Source: Blastocatellia bacterium
GTDB lineage: Bacteria > Acidobacteriota > Blastocatellia > UBA7656
Direction: 5' to 3'
Assembly: GCA_963728545.1 (NCBI GenBank)
Contig: CAVSKO010000002.1
Location: 1,580,477-1,644,476 of the forward strand
DNA length: 64,000 bases
Shown here: positions 9,621 to 19,448 of the stretch, one piece after another
Layout: every line of letters begins with the position of its first letter
Position numbering within the stretch: the stretch's first letter is position 1
Notes under the pieces: generated by a model
What the model was told of the DNA's origin: nothing
Seen by the model: only the letters and a program-made list of their open reading frames with translations
Database searches by the model: none
Program-made: the position numbers and the translations under genes

Positions 9621-9851
9621 ATGAAAATAAGGAATTTACTCTTTGGTTTTGTGCTGGCGATGATGCTTTTGTGCGCCAGTGTTCCTGTTAATGAAACCAA
9701 AGCCGCCGGTTGCCCGACACTACCCTACAAAACCTATTACACAGATGCGACTTATACGGTCCCGTGCGGGTACTATAATTTTTGTGGTTATGATTATTAT
9801 GGGTGTCAAACACCGTATGTTATAAGCACCCGCAGACCTTGCTGTGAATAG
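9621..9851 (+). CDS. Small secreted Tyr/Cys-rich peptide, YYTD family paralog 2
   Basis: GGAGGAGG RBS. Signal peptide ...VPVNETKA. Core AGCPTLPYKTYYTDATYTVPCGYYNFCGYDYYGCQTPYVISTRRPCCE. It shares YYTD..TV.CGY...C....GC.TPY....PC with 6965-7222. Confidence 0.5.
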   Translation: MKIRNLLFGFVLAMMLLCASVPVNETKAAGCPTLPYKTYYTDATYTVPCGYYNFCGYDYYGCQTPYVISTRRPCCE

Positions 9852-9862
9852 TAGGGGCAGCC

Positions 9863-10288
9863 TTATAATTGGTTCAGTAGCTTGTTATAGGATATATCTT
9901 TGTCAAAAAAAGTATTCCACTTGTGGGCTTCAAGAGGATTCTTATGCCACCAGTTAATGTGATGGTGATAACAGGCGGCAATCATATTCTCCGGGTCAAA
10001 CTTGAAAGAGTGGTACACGCCTTCGGGGAAGATATGAGAGGCGGTTAATACTCCTCCGCATACTCGCCCGTCAGCGTAGGCCATAATACAACGCGCATCT
10101 CTGGCGCGAACATACGCCTTGGCAATTTCCAAGAGTTTCTTCTTGAGTTTTCCTAGTGAGAGTTTGGTAACTTTCCTAATCTTAGTCTTGCGGGCCTTCA
10201 AAGGCTTGCCTCGCTGCAACCGTTTCCAAGTAGATTTAGGTTTGAGAGCCGAGCGTTTCATTGGCAGTGGAGTATGCAGCCTCGACAT
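9863..10288 (-). CDS. Phage NinG/Rap-like protein
   Basis: ALKPKSTW, the basic K/R stretch, and ...RARDARCIMAYADGRVCGG...ASHIF...CYHHHINWWHKNP match the layout of lambda NinG as I recall it (ALKPRSYW ... IRERDRDLPCISCG ... DAGHY). Confidence 0.4.
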   Translation of the reverse strand: MSRLHTPLPMKRSALKPKSTWKRLQRGKPLKARKTKIRKVTKLSLGKLKKKLLEIAKAYVRARDARCIMAYADGRVCGGVLTASHIFPEGVYHSFKFDPENMIAACYHHHINWWHKNPLEAHKWNTFFDKDISYNKLLNQL

Positions 10289-10470
10289 TAGTCACAATGC
10301 CCGCAAAGATACTCCTCGCCTTCGTGGAATGTCAATCACCTTTTCAATCCTATAAATGGTTAGGGTAGAATAGCGGCGGCCACTCTCGCTCTAAGGTATA
10401 ATCGAATGCCTATATTCGGTTGTATAATTGGCCCCGAAAGCTGGACCACAGGCTAAGGTGGAAGTAGGCT

Positions 10471-10791
10471 ATGATCCACCGAGCCAGTGGAGGGTCAATC
10501 ATGTCCAGGATTCGCAAGCAATACAGCAGTAAGTTCAAGTTCCAGGTAGCGATAGAAGCAGTCAGAGAGACGAAAACGATTAATCAACTCGCCAGCGAAC
10601 ATGGCTTACACCCAAACTTGGTCAGCCTCTGGAAGCGCCAATTGCTCAATTCGGGGCCAGAGATTTTCAATCACTCTAGGACTGGTCATCAACAGCAACT
10701 ACAAACACGTGAGGCCGAATTGTTTGAGCAAATCGGGCGACTAAAGATGGAATTGGAGTGGCTGAAAAAAAAAGCTGCCCCGTTCAATTGA
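10471..10791 (+). CDS. IS3-family transposase OrfA (HTH). An A9 slippery run lies at its 3' end.
   Basis: The layout ...LWKRQLL...LEWLKKKAAPFN is typical of IS3 OrfA. The AAAAAAAAAG run at about 10766-10775 is a candidate -1 frameshift site into OrfB. Confidence 0.8.
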   Translation: MIHRASGGSIMSRIRKQYSSKFKFQVAIEAVRETKTINQLASEHGLHPNLVSLWKRQLLNSGPEIFNHSRTGHQQQLQTREAELFEQIGRLKMELEWLKKKAAPFN

Positions 10792-10804
10792 GATCAAACG
10801 GGGT

Positions 10805-11611
10805 ATGATTGAGCCGCAGCAGGCAGACATCAGTATGCGTCGGCAGTGTGAGTTGATCGGCCTGAGCCGTTCGACTTTCTACTACAGCCTGGCTACAGAG
10901 TCCGAGTTCAACTTGCAGATAATGCGACTGATTGATGAGCAATACACCAAGACTCCATTTTATGGTTGGCCACGCTTGACAGCTCACTTGCAGCGACTCG
11001 GTCACAAGGTCAACCACAAGCGGGTAAGGCGATTAATGGCGCTAATGGGCCTACAAGCCATCTTCCCTGGACCGAAGACGACTGTAGCTAATCGTGAGCA
11101 TAAGAAATATCCGTACTTACTGCGAGACTTCTCTATCAGCCGAGTGAATCAGGTTTGGAGCGCTGATATAACATACGTGCCAATGCGAGCGGGCTTCATG
11201 TATCTGATGGCAATCATTGATTGGTTCAGCAGGTATGTGGTCGCCTGGCAGTTGTCGAACACTCTGGATGGAGAATTTTGTCTACTGGCATTAAAGCGTG
11301 CGCTGTCGGGTGGGCAGCCTGAGATATTCAACACTGATCAAGGGGTTCAATTCACAGCACAGGCTTTCACCTCAACCTTGGAGGAGGCAGGCATTCGCGT
11401 CAGCATGGATGGGCGAGGCCGGGCATTGGACAATATATTTGTTGAGCGATTATGGCGAAGCGTGAAGTACGAGGACATTTATCTGAAAGAGTACGCCAGT
11501 GTTCCAGAGTTGGAGACAGGGCTCGATACTTACTTCTGGTTCTATAATCAAGAACGACCGCACCAGAGCCTAAGCTATCGTACCCCATCGGAGGTTCACT
11601 TTGGCAGCTAG
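10805..11611 (+). CDS. IS3-family transposase OrfB (DDE/rve integrase core)
   Basis: Motifs WSADITYV, DWFSRYVVAW, FNTDQGVQFT and YNQERPHQSL (rve-type DDE). Confidence 0.85.
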   Translation: MIEPQQADISMRRQCELIGLSRSTFYYSLATESEFNLQIMRLIDEQYTKTPFYGWPRLTAHLQRLGHKVNHKRVRRLMALMGLQAIFPGPKTTVANREHKKYPYLLRDFSISRVNQVWSADITYVPMRAGFMYLMAIIDWFSRYVVAWQLSNTLDGEFCLLALKRALSGGQPEIFNTDQGVQFTAQAFTSTLEEAGIRVSMDGRGRALDNIFVERLWRSVKYEDIYLKEYASVPELETGLDTYFWFYNQERPHQSLSYRTPSEVHFGS

Positions 11612-11686
11612 GAAATGTCCACTTTATTTTTCTTAATTCGTGGTCTAGACAATGGGGCCAACTATATATATTCGGTTGGATTCGTG

Positions 11687-12070
11687 ATGCAATTAGAAGG
11701 AAACACAAATACAGTTAGGAAAATAAATATTAAAGTTGTCTTGATTGCTGTAGTTGCTGCGATTGTAGTTATAGTGTCCACAGTTTTATTGCTGGTTAAA
11801 AATGAGAGAACATTAACTGGTAAGGTAAGAGACGCATCTACTAATACAGCCATTAGAGGTGCAAAAGTCTATTTGGAGAATGCACCTTCTGAAGTTGTTC
11901 TCACTGATTCAGAAGGTGTTTTCTCTATTGATGTAAAAGAAGAAACCGACACAGTGAAAGTCTTAGTAAGGGCAGAAGGGTTTAGATGGTACAATGGAGT
12001 AGCGCAGCTATCTCCAGGAACCACGATGATAGAGATACGTCTTAAACCAATCTACGAGCGGCCTTTTTAA
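11687..12070 (+). CDS. Small membrane-anchored protein with a carboxypeptidase-regulatory-like (CarboxypepD_reg) domain
   Basis: TM segment VVLIAVVAAIVVIVSTVLLLV, then GKVRDASTNTAIRGAKVYLENAPSEVVLTDSEGVFSI. IS3 copy 1 ends 20 nt upstream of its start. Confidence 0.35.
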   Translation: MQLEGNTNTVRKINIKVVLIAVVAAIVVIVSTVLLLVKNERTLTGKVRDASTNTAIRGAKVYLENAPSEVVLTDSEGVFSIDVKEETDTVKVLVRAEGFRWYNGVAQLSPGTTMIEIRLKPIYERPF

Positions 12071-12274
12071 ATAATAAATGCTTGCTAAGGCTCTCAGGAC
12101 AGCAAAATGGTGTTGGGGCAATTAGGACAAAGGACACCAAAGAAGAAGCCATAGTAAAAGATTTTGAGGAACTTCAAAAGATTACTGCTGCCTGTCTGAC
12201 GAACGCCCAAGATTTGATAAAGTCCGCAAAGGTTCTACTCGATCAGAACGTAGACTGTAATGGTCCTGAAAGTC

Positions 12275-13493
12275 TGGACAGCAGAATTGCAATTTAGAGT
12301 ATAGACGCCAGTTGCTGCTTGTGCCACTGCGTCTCGTACTCAGTTGGGGTCAAATAACCGAGTGCCGAATGAATTCGCTTGGTCAGATAGACCTCATCAA
12401 TAAAATGGCCAATCTGATTAAGGGCGTCTTCATAATCGCGGTACTCGCTCAGGTAGACTTCTTCCTCTTTTATGGTTCGGATGACTCGTTCGGCGTAGCC
12501 GTTCTGTTCGGCGTGTCCGACCTCGGCCATCGAGATTTGCACTTGCGCCGCCTGTAAGACTTGCACGTAAGCAGTCGCGGCGTATTGCAACCCCTGATCC
12601 GAGTGATGGATTTGCGGTTGGCCGTGCTGAAGTGCCCGGTGCAAGGCCCAAAGCGTCAATTCGACTCCGAGACCGTGCGACAGCGACCAGCCGCGAATGG
12701 CCCGCGTGAAGACATCCATCACAATGGCCAGGTAAACGAATTGGCCGCTGCCTACTGTGACATAAGTAATGTCACAGACCCAGACCTGATTGGGCCGAGT
12801 CACGATCAGATCCTTGACCAGATTGGGATAGCGCGGGAACGAATGCTGCGAGTTCGTCGTCTGTTTACGCGCTTTTTTGCGGCGCCTGGTGAGCCCCATC
12901 TCCCGCATGAGTCGCCGCACACGATGGCGACCGACGGCAGGCAGTTCCGGAGCGGCGCGCTTTATCTGCGCGGTGACGCGGCGTGAGCCGTAAGTCGGGA
13001 ACTGGGCCGCGACCGTTTCAATCGCGGCTTTCACGTCCGCTTCCTCGCGCTCGACTGCACCGTAATAATAGGAACTGCGCGGCAGCCCGACGATTTGACA
13101 GATGACTTGCACCGGATAAGCGGTTGACAGCATCGCGATCACTTCCCGTTTTTGCTGGTTTGATAGCTCGCAAGCTGCGAGGCTTTTTTTGCGACCTCCA
13201 ATTCCATGGTTAGGCGACCGACGAGGCGTTGGAGTTCGGCGATCTGCTCATCTTTTTCCGCGGCTTCACTCTCGCGCTCAAAGACGAGGGCGGCGTGGGT
13301 GAGCAGTTGCTGTTTCCAGCGACTCAGGAGGTTCTCATTAATACTCAGGTCGCGACAGACCTGGGCTGCGCTTTTCGTTCCGCTCAAGACTTGCAGAACG
13401 GCCTGAGCTTTTTGTTGCGGTTTGTAGCTGCGATTCTTTCTCATTGTGGTCTCCGATTTCTGAACAGTAGTTCTGGCTTAATCCACTGTCCAG
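12275..13493 (-). mobile_element. Second, unrelated IS3-family element (orfA 13139-13444, orfB 12294-13142, both minus strand)
   Basis: OrfA LSINENLLSRWKQQLL...; OrfB has a DDE core (WVCDITYV ... HHSDQGLQY ... TKRIHSALGY). OrfA and OrfB overlap as in a typical -1 frameshift arrangement. Approximate IRs CTGGACAGCAGAATT / CTGGACAGTGGATTA. Confidence 0.7.
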
Positions 13494-13802
13494 TTTTTCG
13501 AGAACCACTACAGACCATGTTTCTTATCACTTAGCTGCTCTCGCCTTAGAGGAGATTGGAAAAATTACTTTACTCAGGGCGAAGTTTGGCTCGAAAGCGG
13601 CGGGTAAGTCACGTTTAAAACTCCAGTTATAGACGACCATATCAAAAAACTGTTCTGGGCCTTATGGGGTCCTATGTTCGGGCAGGAAAAAATTACAACA
13701 GAACAAATGGATGCCTTTAAAGGCTTGGCTTCAAACATACACAATACTCGCTTGCGTACACTCTATGTTGATCCGGCAGCCGTTCTCTCTCCACAGGAGA
13801 AG

Positions 13803-15046
13803 TATAGTTGGCCCCATTGTCTAGACCACGAATTAAGAAAAATAAAGTGGACATTTCCTAGCTGCCAAAGTGAACCTCCGATGGGGTACGATAGCTTAGG
13901 CTCTGGTGCGGTCGTTCTTGATTATAGAACCAGAAGTAAGTATCGAGCCCTGTCTCCAACTCTGGAACACTGGCGTACTCTTTCAGATAAATGTCCTCGT
14001 ACTTCACGCTTCGCCATAATCGCTCAACAAATATATTGTCCAATGCCCGGCCTCGCCCATCCATGCTGACGCGAATGCCTGCCTCCTCCAAGGTTGAGGT
14101 GAAAGCCTGTGCTGTGAATTGAACCCCTTGATCAGTGTTGAATATCTCAGGCTGCCCACCCGACAGCGCACGCTTTAATGCCAGTAGACAAAATTCTCCA
14201 TCCAGAGTGTTCGACAACTGCCAGGCGACCACATACCTGCTGAACCAATCAATGATTGCCATCAGATACATGAAGCCCGCTCGCATTGGCACGTATGTTA
14301 TATCAGCGCTCCAAACCTGATTCACTCGGCTGATAGAGAAGTCTCGCAGTAAGTACGGATATTTCTTATGCTCACGATTAGCTACAGTCGTCTTCGGTCC
14401 AGGGAAGATGGCTTGTAGGCCCATTAGCGCCATTAATCGCCTTACCCGCTTGTGGTTGACCTTGTGACCGAGTCGCTGCAAGTGAGCTGTCAAGCGTGGC
14501 CAACCATAAAATGGAGTCTTGGTGTATTGCTCATCAATCAGTCGCATTATCTGCAAGTTGAACTCGGACTCTGTAGCCAGGCTGTAGTAGAAAGTCGAAC
14601 GGCTCAGGCCGATCAACTCACACTGCCGACGCATACTGATGTCTGCCTGCTGCGGCTCAATCATACCCCGTTTGATCTCAATTGAACGGGGCAGCTTTTT
14701 TTTTCAGCCACTCCAATTCCATCTTTAGTCGCCCGATTTGCTCAAACAATTCGGCCTCACGTGTTTGTAGTTGCTGTTGATGACCAGTCCTAGAGTGATT
14801 GAAAATCTCTGGCCCCGAATTGAGCAATTGGCGCTTCCAGAGGCTGACCAAGTTTGGGTGTAAGCCATGTTCGCTGGCGAGTTGATTAATCGTTTTCGTC
14901 TCTCTGACTGCTTCTATCGCTACCTGGAACTTGAACTTACTGCTGTATTGCTTGCGAATCCTGGACATGATTGACCCTCCACTGGCTCGGTGGATCATAG
15001 CCTACTTCCACCTTAGCCTGTGGTCCAGCTTTCGGGGCCAATTATA
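13803..15046 (-). mobile_element. IS3-family insertion sequence, copy 2, inverted and identical to copy 1 (orfA 14678-14998, orfB 13858-14664)
   Basis: The coordinate sum p+q=25469 holds at both ORF ends and at both element ends. Flanks GAGAAG / ACCAAC show no target duplication. Confidence 0.8.
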
Positions 15047-15105
15047 ACCAACAGCTTAGTTACTAGACCCACAGCCTGCGCTTGTGGTGAAAAAGGAGAA
15101 CAGTA

Positions 15106-16920
15106 ATGCCGAAACTCAACCCCAAATCTCTTGAACAGAAAGCCTTGGAAGCAATTTCAAGTCGTGAGAAAACCAAGGACCTGGTAATCGCCCATACTGA
15201 AACGGAAGATTTAAAATCCGCCAAAAAAACACTCTACAAGTTTGACGCGCAAAAAAAAGGCGCGTCGAACTCGCCACGTTTCACAATCGTACTTGATGAA
15301 TCCGGCGAAGTGGCGGACGTAAAAAAACTGAGCGAGGCGGAAGGACGGCAGTTGTTTACCACGCCCGTAAAGCGGATTGATCCGGCGGAAATTCCCCGCC
15401 CGAAGCCATTGCCCCTAATCACCGTTAATCCGACTATTAATGATTTGGTTCTCAATCAGGGGGACACCTTTAGCGAAACCATTACGGTGACCGTACCGCC
15501 AAAGTCGGGCGTTTCCAAAGCCGACGTTTATTTCCTGGCCGACAGGACGTATAGCATGGAACCTATCCTTGACGCCGTGAAGCGGGCGCCAATGACATCC
15601 TGAACGCGCTGAACAGCATGCCGGGGATAGATTTTGCATTCGGGGTCGGGAACTACGAGGACTTCCCTCAGACTGCGGCTGATCCCGCCTTCACTCACCA
15701 GCAGAGCCTGACTAAAGTCGAGGCTGACGTGACCAACGCGATCAATGCCTGGGTGCTTGGGGACGGTCAAGATGGCTCCGAGGGGCAGTTCTATGCGCTG
15801 ACCAAGCTTGCCGAGCAGCCGGGAGGGACCATCGGCTGGCGCAAGATGTCTAAGCGAATCATCGTCTGGTTCGGTGACGCGCCGGGACACGACCCCATCT
15901 GTACGCAGATTTCGGGCGAGGCTTCAGACATCACCGAGGCCACAACGACCTCCGCCCTGAGTAAGGAAAAGATTACTGTCCTCGCCATCAGCACCACTAC
16001 CAGCGCTGCATTCTACCCTGATGGTTTGGATGACGATCCCCAAAAAAGAGGTGTTTAGTTATGCCGTATGTTTCCCCGCGGGCGGATCGAAGGGCCAGGC
16101 AACACGCATCACGAACGCAACGGGAGGCGCCTTCGCCTCCGGGATTGATCCTGCTAAAATCGTCAACACGATCATCAACCTGATCACAACGGCGGTCAGC
16201 TCGATCAACAACATCAGCTTAGTTCCGACCGGCGCAACGACCCCCTTTGTCACCTCTATTTCCCCCGCCGGCGGCTACGGCCCGCTTTCCGGCGATAAAG
16301 AACACATCCTCAAATTTGACGTGACATTCAAAGGCATCGCCCCTTGCAGGACCGAAGACCAGGTCTTTAAGGGAACGCTCGACGTAGTGGCCGACGGCAC
16401 GGTCGTAGCAAGCAAGCCGGTGACAATCACTGTCCCAGCCTGCAAGATCATTTACAGCGTAAAATTCATCTGCGGCGTGCAGCCGGAATGTGATTGCGAA
16501 TGCGCCCCCGTAAGGCCCGGCGCTTACGCGACCGAGATCAACATCCTCAACGACAACGACAAGGAGGTCCAGCTTCAGAAACTTGTCATTCCGGTGGTAT
16601 TCGCCGGGGCGGCCGTGGGTCGAGAACCGAGATTCGCGGGACGAAAGGCCCTAGACAAGATAGTGCTGCCGCCGCACGCAGCGACTATGGATGACTGTTG
16701 TCGGATTGGGGAACTGCTGCTGGGCGCTCCGGCCTCCTCGCCGATACCGCTCACCATAGGTTTCTTGGAAATCATCAGCAACCGGGAAATCACCGTGACG
16801 GCGGTCTACACGGCCAGCGATTTGAAATCGGGCTCCGTCAGCATTGATGTCGAACAAATCACGGGCAGGGTCAAAAAAGGCGTGACGACAGCGCCTGACA
16901 CTCCGCTCTCTGCAAGTTAG
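15106..16920 (+). pseudogene. von Willebrand factor A (vWA) domain protein, broken into three ORFs by two frameshifts near 15575-15590 and 16045-16055
   Basis: DVYFLADRTYSM (MIDAS-like D.T.S), GVGNYEDFP, IIVWFGDAPGHD and ITNATGGAFASGIDPAKIVNTII (the vWA C-terminal motif) fall in three successive frames. A TGA lies just upstream of the second frame opening. The second shift is in a CCCCAAAAAAGAGG homopolymer run. Confidence 0.55.
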
Positions 16921-16930
16921 GATTTCGGCG

Positions 16931-16962
16931 CGGCGGCAGTCAGGTCTGACTGCCGCCGCCCG
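16931..16962 (+). terminator. Perfect GC-rich hairpin 11 nt after the vWA stop. There is no U-tract.
   Basis: GGCGGCAGTCAG-GT-CTGACTGCCGCC gives a 12-bp perfect inverted repeat. Confidence 0.3.
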
Positions 16963-17381
16963 ATGATACTCAGATGCGAGTGGCTTTCCGCGAGCTAGCA
17001 TCTTTTATTGAGTCGGCGCGATTTATCGCCGAATGCTTTTCTGCTTTCACATCACCAACTCACACAAATCCATCGCGGTGAAGTCAAGCAAGGCCCCGCA
17101 GCGACACTGCATGAATGGAACGACCCGAGCGTCAACAAACTGAGCGTTCATCTGCGAAGCTCTATCACGCGCCGCCTCCCATGCCGCCTGGTCAAAGTCA
17201 CTGCCGCCCGTGAAAACAATATAACGAGTTATACAGGTACAACGTAGACTTTGCTCAATAGGAGGCTTGTATGGCGGAAGGCCTGTTATTGCCATAACGA
17301 TCTTGCCTTAGAGTTCGCATCGCGGCGGCGTCTCGGCATTGAGCCAGGACCGATCAACACATACCCCGACTCAAGCGACAG

Positions 17382-17951
17382 GTGAAGCGAGGCGAAAAGG
17401 CGATTGAATTATGTATGCTGCTAACGCGCAAGATCACGGACGAAAGCACAGGAGAGAGCGCGACCATAGCAACAAACTTTGTGTGGAAGCCCCGTTGGTT
17501 TACCCTCAGTCAAACGGAAGGCGAGCCGATAGAACCAATCACATCGCCAGCCTGGAACAAAGAGCGAGCGTTATCCGCTTTGGGCATTACAGAAATATCC
17601 TTCACCCACACAGACGGTAATGTGCAAGGATTCGCGCAGAAAAGAGAAGTGGCAATAAGCCCACTGGCAGCGATGCCGCATAAAACTTTGTTCCACGAAC
17701 TTGCTCATGTCGAATTAGCGCATACTGTTGAATCAGATTTCAGCGATTCAGAGATAACGCCTAGAAACCTTAGAGAAGTGGAAGCCGAAGCGGTTGCGAT
17801 GCTTCTATGTGAATCGCTTGAACTGCCGGGAGTAGAGTATTGCAGAGGCTACCTGCAAAGCTGGCTAGGTAGTAATGTGATCCCTGAAAAGTCAGCGATG
17901 AAGATATTCGGTGCTGCTGATCGAATCCTTAAAGCAGGGCAAGGTGAGTAG
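17382..17951 (+). CDS. Putative zincin-like metallopeptidase (HEXXH), possibly ImmA/IrrE- or ArdC-like
   Basis: LFHELAHVELAH carries HEXXH. The gene lies in an AT-rich island. Confidence 0.3.
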   Translation: MKRGEKAIELCMLLTRKITDESTGESATIATNFVWKPRWFTLSQTEGEPIEPITSPAWNKERALSALGITEISFTHTDGNVQGFAQKREVAISPLAAMPHKTLFHELAHVELAHTVESDFSDSEITPRNLREVEAEAVAMLLCESLELPGVEYCRGYLQSWLGSNVIPEKSAMKIFGAADRILKAGQGE

Positions 17952-18004
17952 ATTTAAGAGCAGGGGCGCGGTTATTATCCAGCCGCGCCAAGTCAATTCG
18001 CTTC

Positions 18005-18032
18005 GCGGCCTCCGCTGCATGCGCTTGTTAGG
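18005..18032 (+). repeat. 28-bp dispersed repeat CGCGGCCTCCGCTGCATGCGCTTGTTAG, copy 1
   Basis: Identical 28-mers at 18005-18032, 51582-51609 and 53182-53209, all on the same strand. Copies 1 and 2 also share GGC(C/T)ACTACCC downstream. Confidence 0.7.
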
Positions 18033-18046
18033 CCACTACCCTGTTC

Positions 18047-18631
18047 TCACTTATTACAGTCTCTCCACTCATCCAAGCGTTGAAAAAATTGCAGTGTTTC
18101 TGGTGCTGAATTCTCTTTCATATAATCCTCGAATAGCTGTTTTCGTGGGCACATTCTCTTTGCTGCGTACCAACTCAAAGGAAACCGTACGTCTTCAATT
18201 TTGACGAGTTCGGATCTCACTGCTGATTCAAGCTGACTCACCAAGAAGAATGCTTGATCAAGCCGGTCAATAATATACCTGTCCTTGTCCGTACTCTCGC
18301 TTTTTTCCAGAGCGGCATACACAGCATTAGCGTTAACTTTCTCCTTACGTCCATTTATTTCGTATTCCCGCCCTTCATCATCCCAATCCATCATCTCCAT
18401 GGCCTTCCAACCCTCATCCTCCATCATCTTGGTTACCATTTCCCTCGCCAACTCTGCTTGTTTCCAACGTAACTCTCTCGCACTTTGAACATTGCTTTGG
18501 CCGAACTGGTAAATGCCTGTGAATACAGCTATCAATCCACCGATAATGCCTACTAATCTCGCGTAAGACTCTAAACGATTTGGCTTCCCCCTTTTCTCTT
18601 GCTGCTCTTCCTCATGTTCTTCGATCATCAT
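18047..18631 (-). CDS. Hypothetical single-pass membrane protein
   Basis: 194-aa ORF with TM segment LVGIIGGLIAVFTGIY; no family recognised. Confidence 0.3.
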   Translation of the reverse strand: MMIEEHEEEQQEKRGKPNRLESYARLVGIIGGLIAVFTGIYQFGQSNVQSARELRWKQAELAREMVTKMMEDEGWKAMEMMDWDDEGREYEINGRKEKVNANAVYAALEKSESTDKDRYIIDRLDQAFFLVSQLESAVRSELVKIEDVRFPLSWYAAKRMCPRKQLFEDYMKENSAPETLQFFQRLDEWRDCNK

Positions 18632-18985
18632 AGCCTTCCTTTAGCTTGATATACTTATAATAGTACAAATCATTATTTCTCCGTCGCGGTGGCCTAACGA
18701 TTAAATAGACCTACAAATTGATGGCTGATTCTATGTATAACGGGATACGTATTCAAGCAGCCAGACGCCCACAGATAAACCGCCGATTCGGTAGGGCGCG
18801 ACTGCTTACCAACGCGGGTTATTTGACATTCACTTTTTGTAGTGTAGAATACGCTCGTTTATTCTTAGGGAAATAGATACACATATATTAAGCCGCCAGA
18901 TGTCCCGGCGGTGAGTGGGAATAAACTAGTTGCCAAAACTAGGCTCTACCCTTTAGATACAGCAGTACAGCCACTAAGACTAAGC

Positions 18986-19448
18986 CTAGTTCAAAGTCAG
19001 GAGCCGACTTAGCTTAGTCATCACTGGCCTGACGCCATCCACCACTTTGAAATGATCCAGTATCAACCGTGCGTGTTCATCTGACATCGTAGTCAGCAGC
19101 ATATTCGCAACTCGGATGAAATCGGTGATTCTCTTTTCAGACTCAGGGTTGATGATGCGAGCAAGAGCAGGCTTGTTTATATCAAGCTCGCTTTCTATCT
19201 TTCCCAGACGTGAATCAAGCGATCTCATCGGAATACCAATTAACAAATTCTGGTTTCTCGAATACAACTTTTATAATGACCTTCTCACCTCCGCACACGT
19301 CGCATATATCTTCCTGTGCTTGCCCGGTTACTCGGTCAGCAGGCCACCACACGCGGCAGTCCTGCGCTCCACGAGGCCCACAGTGGCAGTTTTCACGATC
19401 ACCTAGCCTTAGTTCAATCCGATTCAACTTAGCATTACTGCTCATCAT
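18986..19448 (-). CDS. Hypothetical zinc-ribbon protein, apparently split over two overlapping frames
   Basis: 19215-19448 encodes CHCGPRGAQDCRVWW...CDVCGG (a C..C / C..C ribbon). 18986-19267 continues in another frame. This is very tentative. Confidence 0.15.

Larger units (their letters stand above)
10423..11666 (+). mobile_element. IS3-family insertion sequence, copy 1 (1244 bp). Flanked by a perfect 12-bp direct repeat TATATTCGGTTG.
   Basis: 100% identical to the inverted copy at 13803-15046. Imperfect terminal IRs TATAATTGGCCCC / TATAGTTGGCCCC. The direct repeats at 10411-10422 and 11667-11678 were read directly from the sequence. Confidence 0.8.

Noticed and set aside
11615-11686. The N-terminal 24 codons of ORF 11615-12070 as a real extension into IS3 copy 1
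   Set aside because: They lie inside the IS right end, which terminates at 11666. The Met at 11687 just outside the IS is the more plausible start.
12082-12297. 71-aa ORF between the CarboxypepD_reg gene and the middle IS
   Set aside because: No RBS or motif support. It abuts the IS end and could be a remnant; the call is too weak.
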